Shown here: piece after piece, positions 8,853-17,479 of the stretch
Layout: each line of letters opens with the position of its first letter
Position numbering within the stretch: position 1 is the stretch's first letter
DNA from: an uncultured Clostridia bacterium
Lineage (GTDB): Bacteria > Bacillota > Clostridia > Oscillospirales > JAAYOS01
Length of the DNA: 33,984 nucleotides
Assembly (NCBI GenBank): GCA_944386395.1
Contig: CALXAZ010000164.1
Span: 1-33,984 of the forward strand
Direction: 5' to 3'
Translations under genes and position numbers: made by a program
The notes under the pieces: model-generated
The model's input: the letters and a program-made list of their open reading frames with translations, nothing else
Told to the model about the DNA's origin: nothing
Database searches by the model: none

Positions 8853-8910
8853 CTCAGGCAGCGACTGCCTCTCAGGCAGCGACTGCCTCTCAGACAGCGA
8901 CTGTGCCTCA
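8853..8910. repeat. Three tandem 18-20 bp hairpin-forming repeats in the trkA-trkH spacer
   Basis: CTCAGGCAGCGACTGCCT at 8853-8870 and 8871-8888, and a degenerate copy CTCAGACAGCGACTGTGCCT at 8889-8908. Each unit contains AGGCAG-CGA-CTGCCT. The array abuts the trkA stop codon. Confidence 0.9.
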
Positions 8911-10263
8911 GGCGAGGATATCGTTGAGGTCGCGCAGGGTGCGGTCGGTGGTGACGATTATGACGCTGTCGCCGTTTTCTATCGAGTCAGCACCGCCCGG
9001 TATAATTATTCTGTTGCGCCGGAAGATGCAGGCAATAAGTATGTTTGGGCGCAGGGTTATATCTTTAAGCTGAATGCCTGTGAATTTTGTGGCAGGGCTT
9101 GCTGTAAACTCGACGGCCTCAGCCTTGCCGTCTACTATACGGCTCAGCGCGACCACGCCATCGCCGGTGGAATTTTGCATCGCGCGGACATATCGGATTA
9201 TCTGGTTTGTGGTTATCTGCTTTGGGGAGATAAGGCTGTCAAGCCCTATAGTTGTGAGGATGTCTGAAAAGCTGCCCCTGTTGATTTTGGCAATGACTTT
9301 GTTGATGCCGAGCAGCGTTGCGTAAACAGAGACGATTATGTTTTCCTCGTCTATACCGGTAAGAGCGATAAACGCATCTGTCTCGGCTATGCCTTCCTCC
9401 AGCAGGACATCCTTGTCGGAGCCGTCACCGTTTATAATCTCGGCTTTGGGAAGAGCATCGCTCAGCTCGATGCAGCGGTTTCTATCTATCTCGATTATCT
9501 TTACCTTCATCCCGGTTTCAGATAGCTGCCTTGCAAGGTAATGTGCAATCCTTCCTCCGCCCACTATCATTACTTTTCTGACTTTCTGTTTGAGGACACC
9601 TATTGCCCGGAAAAACTTTTCAATCTCAACCTGAGACCCTGTAACATATATCTTGTCTCCGGCACGCAGGATAAAGTCTCCGCTGGGGATATGGACCTCT
9701 TCGCCGCGCTGGACCGCGCAGATAAGCGCTTTAGACTGGTATTTTTTAGATAACGAGGAGAGGGTCTGGTTTTCAAGCGATCCACCGGCATGAACCTTGA
9801 GCTCTACAAGATCCACCCTTCCCCGGGCAAAAAAGTCAACTTTCAGCGCGGAGGGAAAGCGTAGCATCCGAGATATTTCATTTGCCGCTGCAAGCTCGGG
9901 GTTTATTGTCATGCTCAGTCCCAGCTCCTCGCGCATAAAGGCGAGCTGCCGGGAGTATTCGGGATTGCGGACCCGGGCAATGGTGTGCTTTGCCCCTATC
10001 TTTTTTGCCACAAGACAGCAGAGGATATTCAGCTCGTCTGCAGAGGTGGCAGCAATAAGCATATCCGCCTTGTTTACTTCTGCCTCGCGCTGAACCTCGT
10101 AGCTTGCGCCGTTGCCGCATATGCCCATGACGTCGTGTGTGTTGACAACGTTTGATATGACATTGGGGTTTGAATCGATAACGACTATGTCGTGACCTTC
10201 GGAGGAGAGCTGTTCGGTAAGCGATTTGCCCACCTTTCCATCTCCGACTATTACGATACGCAT
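8908..10263 (-). CDS. trkA: TrkA potassium uptake NAD-binding regulatory subunit (tandem RCK)
   Basis: Two Rossmann motifs (MRIVIVGDGKVG, VMIVGGGRIAHYLA), each followed by a TrkA-C-like segment. The ATG at 10263 is preceded by AGGAGAAAG; the 21-codon track extension has no SD. Confidence 0.92.
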   Translation of the reverse strand: MRIVIVGDGKVGKSLTEQLSSEGHDIVVIDSNPNVISNVVNTHDVMGICGNGASYEVQREAEVNKADMLIAATSADELNILCCLVAKKIGAKHTIARVRNPEYSRQLAFMREELGLSMTINPELAAANEISRMLRFPSALKVDFFARGRVDLVELKVHAGGSLENQTLSSLSKKYQSKALICAVQRGEEVHIPSGDFILRAGDKIYVTGSQVEIEKFFRAIGVLKQKVRKVMIVGGGRIAHYLARQLSETGMKVKIIEIDRNRCIELSDALPKAEIINGDGSDKDVLLEEGIAETDAFIALTGIDEENIIVSVYATLLGINKVIAKINRGSFSDILTTIGLDSLISPKQITTNQIIRYVRAMQNSTGDGVVALSRIVDGKAEAVEFTASPATKFTGIQLKDITLRPNILIACIFRRNRIIIPGGADSIENGDSVIIVTTDRTLRDLNDILA

Positions 10264-10343
10264 CTTCTTTCTCCTGACAGATACAAAGGCGCTGCGGAAA
10301 CCACCGCCGCGCCAAAAATATATCATTATAATCTATACTAAGA

Positions 10344-10372
10344 ATTATATCAAAAATCTATACCGGTATCAA
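10344..10372 (-). promoter_or_regulatory. Sigma-A promoter of trkA-trkH
   Basis: Minus strand TTGATA (10372-10367), 17 nt, TATAAT (10349-10344). Confidence 0.65.
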
Positions 10373-10541
10373 CTGCTATATTTTGTGCTTTTGGGAAGGG
10401 AAACGGTGCTTTTGATGGGTTTTGCAAAATAGCACGCAGGGGCTTGCTGTGGCGTGTTGTGCAGAGCTTTTTTTGCGTTTTAAAAGAAATTTCCACTTGT
10501 TTTGCCAAAAAATGTACGCAAGCCGTGTGCTAAAAAACAGC

Positions 10542-10570
10542 TTGACAAAATATGTTCCTTTTGTTATACT
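10542..10570 (+). promoter_or_regulatory. Sigma-A promoter of the MATE-marR operon
   Basis: TTGACA (10542-10547), 17 nt, TATACT (10565-10570). Confidence 0.7.
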
Positions 10571-10681
10571 TTTTGAGCAATGGTTGATAAGTGCAACTAT
10601 TAAATATGCACAAAAATTAGGAAAAAGGAAGTGGTTTGTTTGGCAGCAGCTAAAATCTCGCGCCAGGAGGCGCGCAGAACG

Positions 10682-12046
10682 ATGATGCTCAATGACCCGA
10701 TACCGAAGCTGGTACCCAAAATGGCCATACCGACGATAATAAGTATGCTTGTCATGTCATTTTATAACATGGCAGATACATATTTTGTAAGTTCGCTCGG
10801 CATTGAGGCGACGGGCGCCGTAGGAGTCAATGCATCGCTTATGAGCTTTATACAGATGGCAGGCTCGGCTATAGCAGTTGGTGCAAACAGCTATATTGCA
10901 AGGCTGTTGGGAGCGAAGAGAGACGAGGAGGGCTCGCAGGTTCTCTCGGTTGCATTTTTCAGCGCGATGTGTACAGGGACACTTGTTATGATACTGGGTC
11001 TTGTGTTTATGGAGCCGCTGGTAAGGTTTTTGGGGGCAAAAGACCCGCTTGTTATCAAGTATTCCGAGGATTACGCAAGCTATATCCTTTATGCCGCTCC
11101 GTTTATGACGACGGTGTTTGTTATGAACCAGTGTCTCCGTGCCGAGGGAAGCTCCACATTTTCAATGTGGGGAATGGTGTCAGGCGCAATACTCAATCTC
11201 GGGCTTGACCCGCTATTCATATTTGTGTTTAAATGGGAGGTTGCCGGAGCCGCTGCTGCAACGGCTATCTCAAAGCTGGTAAGCTTTATAGTGCTGCTTA
11301 CGCCGTATCTCAGGAAGCACACGATGCTGACCATAAGCATAAGGAAATTTAAAATAACCAAGAACATTGCCACCGAGATAAGCAAAATGGGTTTTCCCAC
11401 GCTTATGCGTTCCGGGCTTATGACGATAGCAAGCGTAATAACCAATAACGTCGCATCTGGGTTTAGCGCGGCTGCGCTTGCTGCAATATCGGTGGTAAAC
11501 CGTATAATGATGTTTGTATCCTCCGCGATTCTCGGCTTTGGTCAGGGATATCAGCCGGTTGCGGGCTTCAACTGGGGAGCCAAGAGGTATGACAGGGTTT
11601 GGAAAGCATTCTGGTTTGCCTCTATTGTGGGCGTATCCGTTATAACGGTGATAAGCCTTGTGGCAGCAGTGTTTGCGCCGAGCATCATGCGGGTTTTTAC
11701 CGACAATGCGGAAGCGATAGATATCGGAACATTTTCAATAAGGCTGCAGTGTTACGTAATGCCGATACATGCGTGGGTCATAGTTGTAAACATGACGTAT
11801 GCAGGGCTTGGAAAGGCAACGGGAGCAGCACTGCTGAGCCTTTCGCGCCAAGGCATATTCTTTATACCGGCAGTATGGATACTTTCGGTTGCGTTTGGAG
11901 TTATGGGTCTTGCCTCCGCACAGGCTGTGGCAGACGGTCTTTCGCTACTGCTCGGGCTTCCGCTGGCAATAAGAGTGCTAAAAGAGATAAAGAGACTTAT
12001 GATTGAAAATGGGCAGAAAGAGCTTGCCGAAGACAAAAAGGTGTGA
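10682..12046 (+). CDS. MATE-family multidrug/toxin efflux transporter
   Basis: 12-TM-like protein with a MATE N-terminus (PIPKLVPKMAIPTIISMLVMSFYNMADTYFV). The ATG at 10682 follows AGGAGG (10665-10670); the GTG at 10631 in the track is a possible alternative. Confidence 0.88.
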   Translation: MMLNDPIPKLVPKMAIPTIISMLVMSFYNMADTYFVSSLGIEATGAVGVNASLMSFIQMAGSAIAVGANSYIARLLGAKRDEEGSQVLSVAFFSAMCTGTLVMILGLVFMEPLVRFLGAKDPLVIKYSEDYASYILYAAPFMTTVFVMNQCLRAEGSSTFSMWGMVSGAILNLGLDPLFIFVFKWEVAGAAAATAISKLVSFIVLLTPYLRKHTMLTISIRKFKITKNIATEISKMGFPTLMRSGLMTIASVITNNVASGFSAAALAAISVVNRIMMFVSSAILGFGQGYQPVAGFNWGAKRYDRVWKAFWFASIVGVSVITVISLVAAVFAPSIMRVFTDNAEAIDIGTFSIRLQCYVMPIHAWVIVVNMTYAGLGKATGAALLSLSRQGIFFIPAVWILSVAFGVMGLASAQAVADGLSLLLGLPLAIRVLKEIKRLMIENGQKELAEDKKV

Positions 12047-12087
12047 TAAAATTATAAAAAACGACTAAGAAAATTTGGAGAGTGCAC

Positions 12088-12537
12088 ATGGAAGAGAGAC
12101 ATAACGAATTTTCCAGGAACCTCGGAAGGCTGATAACCCATCTAAACCGGCTTAGGAAGCGGTTTATGGCAGAGCGCCTGCGCGGATACGGGCTCAGCGG
12201 TTCCATGTACATGTTTATCAATTCCCTCGAGCGAAACCCGGGAATAAGCCAGGATTTTCTTGTAGAGAGATTTTTTATGGACAAGGGGAATGTTGCCCGT
12301 GGGGCAAAGAAGCTGGAGGAGCTCGGCTATATTCGCCGGGAGATAGATAGCTCGGACAGGCGGAGGTATAATCTTTTCCTCACGGAAGAGGGGCATGCGC
12401 TTGTGCCGGTGATACGAAAATACCTCACTGAGTGGAGCGAGCTGATAAGCAAAAACTTTACCGATGAGGAGAGAGAGACCGCAATCGAGCTGCTCGACCG
12501 AATGGTGGACAATAGCAACGATGCGGTTGGGAAGTAA
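12088..12537 (+). CDS. MarR-family transcriptional regulator
   Basis: Winged-helix core (ISQDFLVERFFMDKGNVARGAKKLEELGYIRREIDSSDRRRYNLFLTEEG). The ATG at 12088 is 7 nt after GGAG; the GTG at 12082 is an alternative. Confidence 0.88.
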   Translation: MEERHNEFSRNLGRLITHLNRLRKRFMAERLRGYGLSGSMYMFINSLERNPGISQDFLVERFFMDKGNVARGAKKLEELGYIRREIDSSDRRRYNLFLTEEGHALVPVIRKYLTEWSELISKNFTDEERETAIELLDRMVDNSNDAVGK

Positions 12538-12541
12538 ACCT

Positions 12542-12572
12542 ATGCGCCGGACAAAGTTCCGGCGCATTTTTA
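12542..12572 (+). terminator. Intrinsic terminator after marR
   Basis: ATGCGCCGGA-CAAAGT-TCCGGCGCAT followed by TTTTT. Confidence 0.85.
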
Positions 12573-12594
12573 TGTCCAGAGACCCGGCGGGAGA

Positions 12595-12623
12595 TTGCAA
12601 TTTGAGTGCTTAAATGGTAAAAT
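12595..12623 (+). promoter_or_regulatory. Sigma-A promoter (extended -10) of pepD-pncA-pncB
   Basis: TTGCAA (12595-12600), 17 nt ending in TGG, TAAAAT (12618-12623). Confidence 0.6.
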
Positions 12624-12668
12624 GTCAGTATCTTAACGGAAAAATAATATGAGGAGGAAGACAGCCAC

Positions 12669-14126
12669 ATGGAATATATCATTAAAGGGTATAAGCCCGA
12701 GAAATTTTTTAACTACTTTGAGGAGATAAGCGCAATACCGCGCGGGTCGGGAAACGAGAAGGGAATTATGGAATATCTGAAAAAGTTTGCCGATGAGCGC
12801 GGGCTGTGGTGCTATACCGACGATGTGTTTAACGTGATAATCAAGAAGCCGGGCAGTGCCGGATGCGAAAGCCTGCCTCCGGTCATCCTTCAGGGGCATA
12901 CGGATATCGTGTGTGAGAAGAACCAGGATACCGTTCACGATTTTCTCCACGACGGGCTGAAGCTTTATGTTGATGATGAGGGTTTCCTCCACGCAAAGGG
13001 GACCACCCTCGGGGCGGACAATGGAACTGCCGTTTGCTTTATGCTCACAATACTTGACAGCCAAGAGCTTGTCCATCCGCCTCTCGAGTGCGTGTTTACC
13101 GCTCAGGAGGAGGTAGGGCTTGTAGGGGCGGCAAAGCTCGATTACACAAAGCTCTCAGGGCGCACCATGATAAATATGGATGCCGGTCCACTCGGAAATG
13201 CTGTTGGAAGCTGTGCCGGCGGGCTCAGGATAAAGATGACAAGGGATATCCCATATACTTCAACTGAGGGGACGGCAATGGCAATAGCTGTTCGTGGGTT
13301 GCAGGGCGGTCATTCCGGTGGAGCGATAAGCAAGACAAAGGGCAATTCGCTGAAGATAATATCGAGGGTGATAGACGCGATAATGCAGGTGGTGCCGGCG
13401 GAGATATGCTCGGTGGACGGCGGAGATAAGGACAATGCAATTCCCCGTGAGTCGGATGCGGTGCTGGTGTTTAAGAGCGGTGCGGACGCAGATAAAGCAT
13501 TAGAGATAGTGAAAAAGATGAACGGCGAGATAAGGGACGAATTTGGCTCAAACGACCCGGGGCTTTCAATAACATGTAAGGAAGTACAGACTCCGGATAA
13601 GAGCTTTGGGGCAGAATTTTCAGCTGCTATCTCGAAATTTATGATGCTTGCGCCGAGCAATGTATATTTCAGGAACTTTTTGCTTGGAGATGCTGTAATA
13701 TCCTCTGTAAACTTTGCGTCGATCCATACCGCGGACGGTAAAATAGAGGCAAATTTCTCGCCCCGTTCGGCTACCGGATCAATAAAGCAGGAGATACGCA
13801 GGAATCTCGAGATACTGGCAGGGCTGTTTGGGTTTGAAACGGAGTACAGCGGTGAGTATCCGGGCTGGAGCTATAATGAAAATTCGCGTGTTCGCGATAT
13901 TTTCAAGGAGGTATGCGTAGAGGTATTGGGAAAAGAGCCGACCATCCATGCCATACATGGCGGGCTTGAGTGCGGGCTGTTTATCGACAAGCTGCCGGGG
14001 CTCGACGCGATAGCGATAGGGCCAAACGGTTCGGGAGGGCATACGCCGGAGGAGAAGCTGGATCTGGCCTCCTGTGAGACCCAGTGGAAGATACTCACCG
14101 CGCTGCTTGAGAAGCTTGCAAAGTAG
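12669..14126 (+). CDS. pepD: Aminoacyl-histidine (Xaa-His) dipeptidase, M20C family
   Basis: N-terminus PEKFFNYFEEISAIPRGSGNEKGI..., LQGHTDIVCEKN, and a full-length 485-aa match to PepD architecture. Confidence 0.88.
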   Translation: MEYIIKGYKPEKFFNYFEEISAIPRGSGNEKGIMEYLKKFADERGLWCYTDDVFNVIIKKPGSAGCESLPPVILQGHTDIVCEKNQDTVHDFLHDGLKLYVDDEGFLHAKGTTLGADNGTAVCFMLTILDSQELVHPPLECVFTAQEEVGLVGAAKLDYTKLSGRTMINMDAGPLGNAVGSCAGGLRIKMTRDIPYTSTEGTAMAIAVRGLQGGHSGGAISKTKGNSLKIISRVIDAIMQVVPAEICSVDGGDKDNAIPRESDAVLVFKSGADADKALEIVKKMNGEIRDEFGSNDPGLSITCKEVQTPDKSFGAEFSAAISKFMMLAPSNVYFRNFLLGDAVISSVNFASIHTADGKIEANFSPRSATGSIKQEIRRNLEILAGLFGFETEYSGEYPGWSYNENSRVRDIFKEVCVEVLGKEPTIHAIHGGLECGLFIDKLPGLDAIAIGPNGSGGHTPEEKLDLASCETQWKILTALLEKLAK

Positions 14127-14150
14127 ATCCTGCAAGGAAGGGATGGAAAG

Positions 14151-14678
14151 ATGACGAAGGTGCTTATAGTTGTCGATTACCAGAACGATTTTGTGACAGG
14201 CTCGCTCGGGTTTGAGGGAGCGGAGGCGCTTGATGATATAATATGTGAAAAAATAAAGCGGTACAGCGAAGAGGGTGAGGCGGTAATATATACCTGCGAC
14301 ACGCATACAGATGGGTATCTCGCAACCTCGGAGGGGCGCCGCCTGCCTGTTGAGCACTGCATACGCGGTACCTCCGGATGGGAGATATATGGCAAGGTGG
14401 GGCAGATGGTTGGCAGGGGAAGCGCGGTATTCAGAAAGGATACTTTTGGCTGCCTTGCTCTGGGAAACTATCTGGACGAGATGCAGTATAAAGAGGTTGA
14501 GCTGTGCGGTCTGGTGTCCGACATATGTGTGTTTTCAAATGCCGTGATAGCAAAGGCAGCCCTGCCGGAGGCAAAGATTTTTGTGGACGCGAGGGCAACC
14601 GGCTCGTCGAACAGGGAAATGCAGGAGAAGGCATTTGACATGCTGGAAAATCTGCACATTGACGTCATTAACCGCTAA
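14151..14678 (+). CDS. pncA: Isochorismatase-family cysteine hydrolase, probable nicotinamidase
   Basis: LIVVDYQNDFVTGSL, catalytic-Cys segment CGLVSDICV, and a position directly upstream of pncB. Confidence 0.75.
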   Translation: MTKVLIVVDYQNDFVTGSLGFEGAEALDDIICEKIKRYSEEGEAVIYTCDTHTDGYLATSEGRRLPVEHCIRGTSGWEIYGKVGQMVGRGSAVFRKDTFGCLALGNYLDEMQYKEVELCGLVSDICVFSNAVIAKAALPEAKIFVDARATGSSNREMQEKAFDMLENLHIDVINR

Positions 14679-14720
14679 AAATAAATTGATGCCGCGGTTG
14701 CGGCGGAACGAGGCTTAAAA

Positions 14721-16163
14721 ATGAGAATAGAACAGAATTATACCATGCTATGCGACTTTTACGAGCTTACCATGGGGAACGGATACCTGAAATCGGGCAT
14801 GAAAGATATAATCACATATTTTGATGTGTTTTTCCGCAATGTGCCCGATGGGGGAGGATACGCCATTGCGGCGGGGCTTGATCAGGTGATAGAGTATATC
14901 GAAAATCTGCACTTTAGCGAAAGTGATATCGAGTTTTTACGGGGTAAGGGTACATTTGACGAAGAATTTTTGAAGTATCTGACCACTTTCCGTTTTACTG
15001 GGGACATCTATGCGGTGCCGGAGGGGACGGTCATATTTCCCGGTGAGCCGATATTGACGGTGCGCGCCCCTGCCATCGAGGCGCAGTTTATCGAGACATA
15101 CCTGCTTTTGGTTTTAAATCACCAGTCACTCATTGCAACAAAGTCAAACAGGATAGTCCGCGCCGCTCAGGGCAGGGCGATAAGCGAGTTTGGCTCACGC
15201 AGGGCGCAGGGCGCCGATGGTGCGATATTTGGGGCACGGGCATCATATATTGCTGGCTGCACAGGCACTGCATGCACGATTTCGGACAAGATATTCGGTG
15301 TGCCGGCGACAGGGACGATGGCCCATTCGTGGGTTCAGATGTTTGACGATGAGTATACAGCGTTTAAGACCTATTGTGAGATATACCCGACAAATGCGAC
15401 ACTTCTTGTAGATACGTATAATGTCCTCAAGAGTGGCGTTCCAAATGCTATCCGCGCGTTCAAGGATGTCCTCTGGCCGCAGGGGATAAAGAAATGCGCG
15501 ATACGCCTCGACTCGGGCGATATAGCCTATCTGTCGATAAAGGCAAGGCAGATGCTTGATGAGGCGGGGCTTACCGAGTGCAAGATAATCGCCTCGAACG
15601 CTTTGGACGAGTATATTATCCGTGACATAGTTACCCAGGGGGCAAAGGTGGATGCCTTCGGGGTGGGAGAGAGGCTTATCACCTCCAAGAGCGACCCGGT
15701 ATTTGGAGGGGTATATAAGCTTGCGGCAGTGGAAAAGGACGGGGAGATAGTCCCGAAGATAAAGATTTCGGAAAACGCGGGAAAGATAACAAATCCGCAC
15801 TTTAAAAAGCTCTACCGGCTTTATGAAAATGACAGTGGTAAGGCGACGGCCGACCTCATCTGCGTGCATGACGAGACGGTTGACGACACACAGCCGCTTA
15901 CCATATTTGACCCGGACTACACCTGGAAGCGCAAGACGCTGACAGATTTCACAGCGCGTGAGCTGCTTGTCCCGATATTCAGAGATGGTAAGCTTGTGTA
16001 TGAGGAGCCGACGATAGAGGAGATACGCGAATATTGCCTGCGTGAAGTGGATTCACTGTGGGACGAGGTGAAGCGCTTTGAAAACCCTCATAACTATTAT
16101 GTTGACCTTTCTCAGAAGCTCTGGGGCATAAAGCAGTCGCTGCTGTCGCAAAAGGGAAGCTGA
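14721..16163 (+). CDS. pncB: Nicotinate phosphoribosyltransferase
   Basis: 480 aa with LCDFYELTMGNGY, GTMAHSWVQMF and RLDSGD motifs typical of NAPRTase. Confidence 0.92.
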   Translation: MRIEQNYTMLCDFYELTMGNGYLKSGMKDIITYFDVFFRNVPDGGGYAIAAGLDQVIEYIENLHFSESDIEFLRGKGTFDEEFLKYLTTFRFTGDIYAVPEGTVIFPGEPILTVRAPAIEAQFIETYLLLVLNHQSLIATKSNRIVRAAQGRAISEFGSRRAQGADGAIFGARASYIAGCTGTACTISDKIFGVPATGTMAHSWVQMFDDEYTAFKTYCEIYPTNATLLVDTYNVLKSGVPNAIRAFKDVLWPQGIKKCAIRLDSGDIAYLSIKARQMLDEAGLTECKIIASNALDEYIIRDIVTQGAKVDAFGVGERLITSKSDPVFGGVYKLAAVEKDGEIVPKIKISENAGKITNPHFKKLYRLYENDSGKATADLICVHDETVDDTQPLTIFDPDYTWKRKTLTDFTARELLVPIFRDGKLVYEEPTIEEIREYCLREVDSLWDEVKRFENPHNYYVDLSQKLWGIKQSLLSQKGS

Positions 16164-16175
16164 AAAACACAGATA

Positions 16176-16203
16176 AAAAGGACCGCATTGCGGTCCTTTT
16201 TTA
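16176..16203. terminator. Bidirectional terminator between pncB and the ParB-like gene
   Basis: AAAAAGGACCGC-ATT-GCGGTCCTTTTTT. Confidence 0.85.
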
Positions 16204-16223
16204 ATATTTCAGTTAAGTTATGG

Positions 16224-16937
16224 TCAGGACCCTTCGTCCATCAGATGCAGCAAGGAGCAGAGACGGGACCTGCCGTCTAAGCTGGCATATGCGACAGATG
16301 GAGTTCCCTGGCTCGGCTTTTCTAGAACAGATTTGCAGAAGGAATGCCACCTGAGAACGTAGTCGGAATGTGAAATGACCTTCATATCTGCAATGCTATT
16401 GATGCCGCGCTCATCTGCCAGGGAGGCAAACCTGTGTGCGATGGCAAGGTATGATTGATCTGCGGCGTCGCTTGATTCAAATATATATGCCTCTTTTATA
16501 CCAAGCCCATGTGCGGCGTATAATCTTGTATGACCGTCGAGTATTATGAGCCGGTCACCCCAATGAGCCACAGGGATAATTACATCTTCTGATGAAGAGA
16601 CAAATGATTTCACCGCGTCGAGCTTTTCCCAGTCGATAAAAAACTGCGTCGGGGCAAGCGAGAGGATATCGGTTTTTCTTTTTAAAACGGGCGGCAGGGA
16701 ATAGAGGAGGTGCATGTTCTCATCATAGAAGTTCGTTATATGCTCGGCGTAATAACGAAATTTTTTAATAAGCTCGGGAAGAGCAGACATGTCGTGATAG
16801 CTCACGGTGGCAGAGTTGGGGGAAATTATCTTAAAAGAGCATGGGTATCTTCCCTCAACCATAAAAGCCCCGCGCTGGCGCAGGATATCACGCTTAAAGG
16901 TGTGGTTGGAATAACCTTCTATCCGTTTTATCTGCAT
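16224..16937 (-). CDS. Hypothetical protein with a ParB/sulfiredoxin-fold (ParB N-terminal-like) domain
   Basis: LAPTQFFIDWEKLDAVKSFV...IIPVAHWGDRLIILDGHTRLYAAHGLGIKEAYIF resembles the ParB-N/Srx motif (PTQ ... DGHHR). Strong SD AAGGAGGAG. The ~85-aa N-terminus is unassigned. Confidence 0.6.
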   Translation of the reverse strand: MQIKRIEGYSNHTFKRDILRQRGAFMVEGRYPCSFKIISPNSATVSYHDMSALPELIKKFRYYAEHITNFYDENMHLLYSLPPVLKRKTDILSLAPTQFFIDWEKLDAVKSFVSSSEDVIIPVAHWGDRLIILDGHTRLYAAHGLGIKEAYIFESSDAADQSYLAIAHRFASLADERGINSIADMKVISHSDYVLRWHSFCKSVLEKPSQGTPSVAYASLDGRSRLCSLLHLMDEGS

Positions 16938-17084
16938 AGTCTCCTCCTTACCGAAAAAGCAATACTACCATAAAATAAATATATCTCACAGCAAAAAATT
17001 TTGCAACCCGTAAATCACTATTTGGGTAACACTAATGGGGAGCGCTGCATAGACTATAACAAAAGGCAAGGAGGGGACACGGCA

Positions 17085-17225
17085 GTGAGAAGAAGATGTG
17101 CTGGCGTTGCTCTGATAGCGCTGGGGTCGGGCATATTGATTTCGCTGATATTGCCGCCGTGGCTGCTCATAGTGATGCTTGTGGCTGTAATTACGGTAGT
17201 GGGGGTCTGTGCGTGCAGGCATTGA
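17085..17225 (+). CDS. Small (46 aa) two-helix membrane protein, hypothetical
   Basis: GTG start 8 nt after AAGGAGGGG. VRRRCAGVALIALGSGILISLILPPWLLIVMLVAVITVVGVCACRH. The upstream part of the 74-aa track ORF has no SD. Confidence 0.4.
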   Translation: MRRRCAGVALIALGSGILISLILPPWLLIVMLVAVITVVGVCACRH

Positions 17226-17267
17226 ACAGACCTGTTACAAAACAAAACCGGAAAGGAAGGTATTAGA

Positions 17268-17357
17268 ATGAAGATAGTGGTCATGCGTTCGCCAAAAATG
17301 CTGCGCGGTCTGCTGAGGAAAATATTTGGCATAAGCAGGGACGAGATAGAGACATAG
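17268..17357 (+). CDS. spoVM: Stage V sporulation protein M (29 aa amphipathic peptide), absent from the ORF track
   Basis: MKIVVMRSPKMLRGLLRKIFGISRDEIET compared with B. subtilis SpoVM MKFYTIKLPKFLGGIVRAMLGSFRKD. SD GAAAGGAAGG upstream and a terminator directly after. Confidence 0.7.
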   Translation: MKIVVMRSPKMLRGLLRKIFGISRDEIET

Positions 17358-17377
17358 CGATACATATTTTTGCCTGT

Positions 17378-17405
17378 GGCGCGGAGAAAATCCGCGCCTT
17401 ATTTG
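17378..17405 (+). terminator. Intrinsic terminator after spoVM
   Basis: GGCGCGGA-GAAAA-TCCGCGCC followed by TTATTT. Confidence 0.7.
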
Positions 17406-17432
17406 CATATATTACGCCCGTCCGCATATAAA
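17404..17432 (+). promoter_or_regulatory. Possible sigma-E-type promoter ahead of the SipL-like gene and spoIVA
   Basis: GCATATA, 13 nt, CATATAAAT compared with the remembered sigma-E consensus kmATATT ... CATACAhT. Spacing and match are approximate. Confidence 0.3.
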
Positions 17433-17479
17433 TCTAGTGAGCCATACGTGCAGACAATGCGGAAAAAGGAGTGTAATGG

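Noticed and set aside
8853-8910. Tandem repeats as a mini-CRISPR array
   Set aside because: The units are directly abutting with no spacers. There are only about three copies of 18-20 bp, they lie inside an operon spacer, and no cas genes are present.
10264-10343. Expected c-di-AMP or other riboswitch in the trkA leader
   Set aside because: The predicted leader is only ~75 nt, with no conserved riboswitch cores or terminator.
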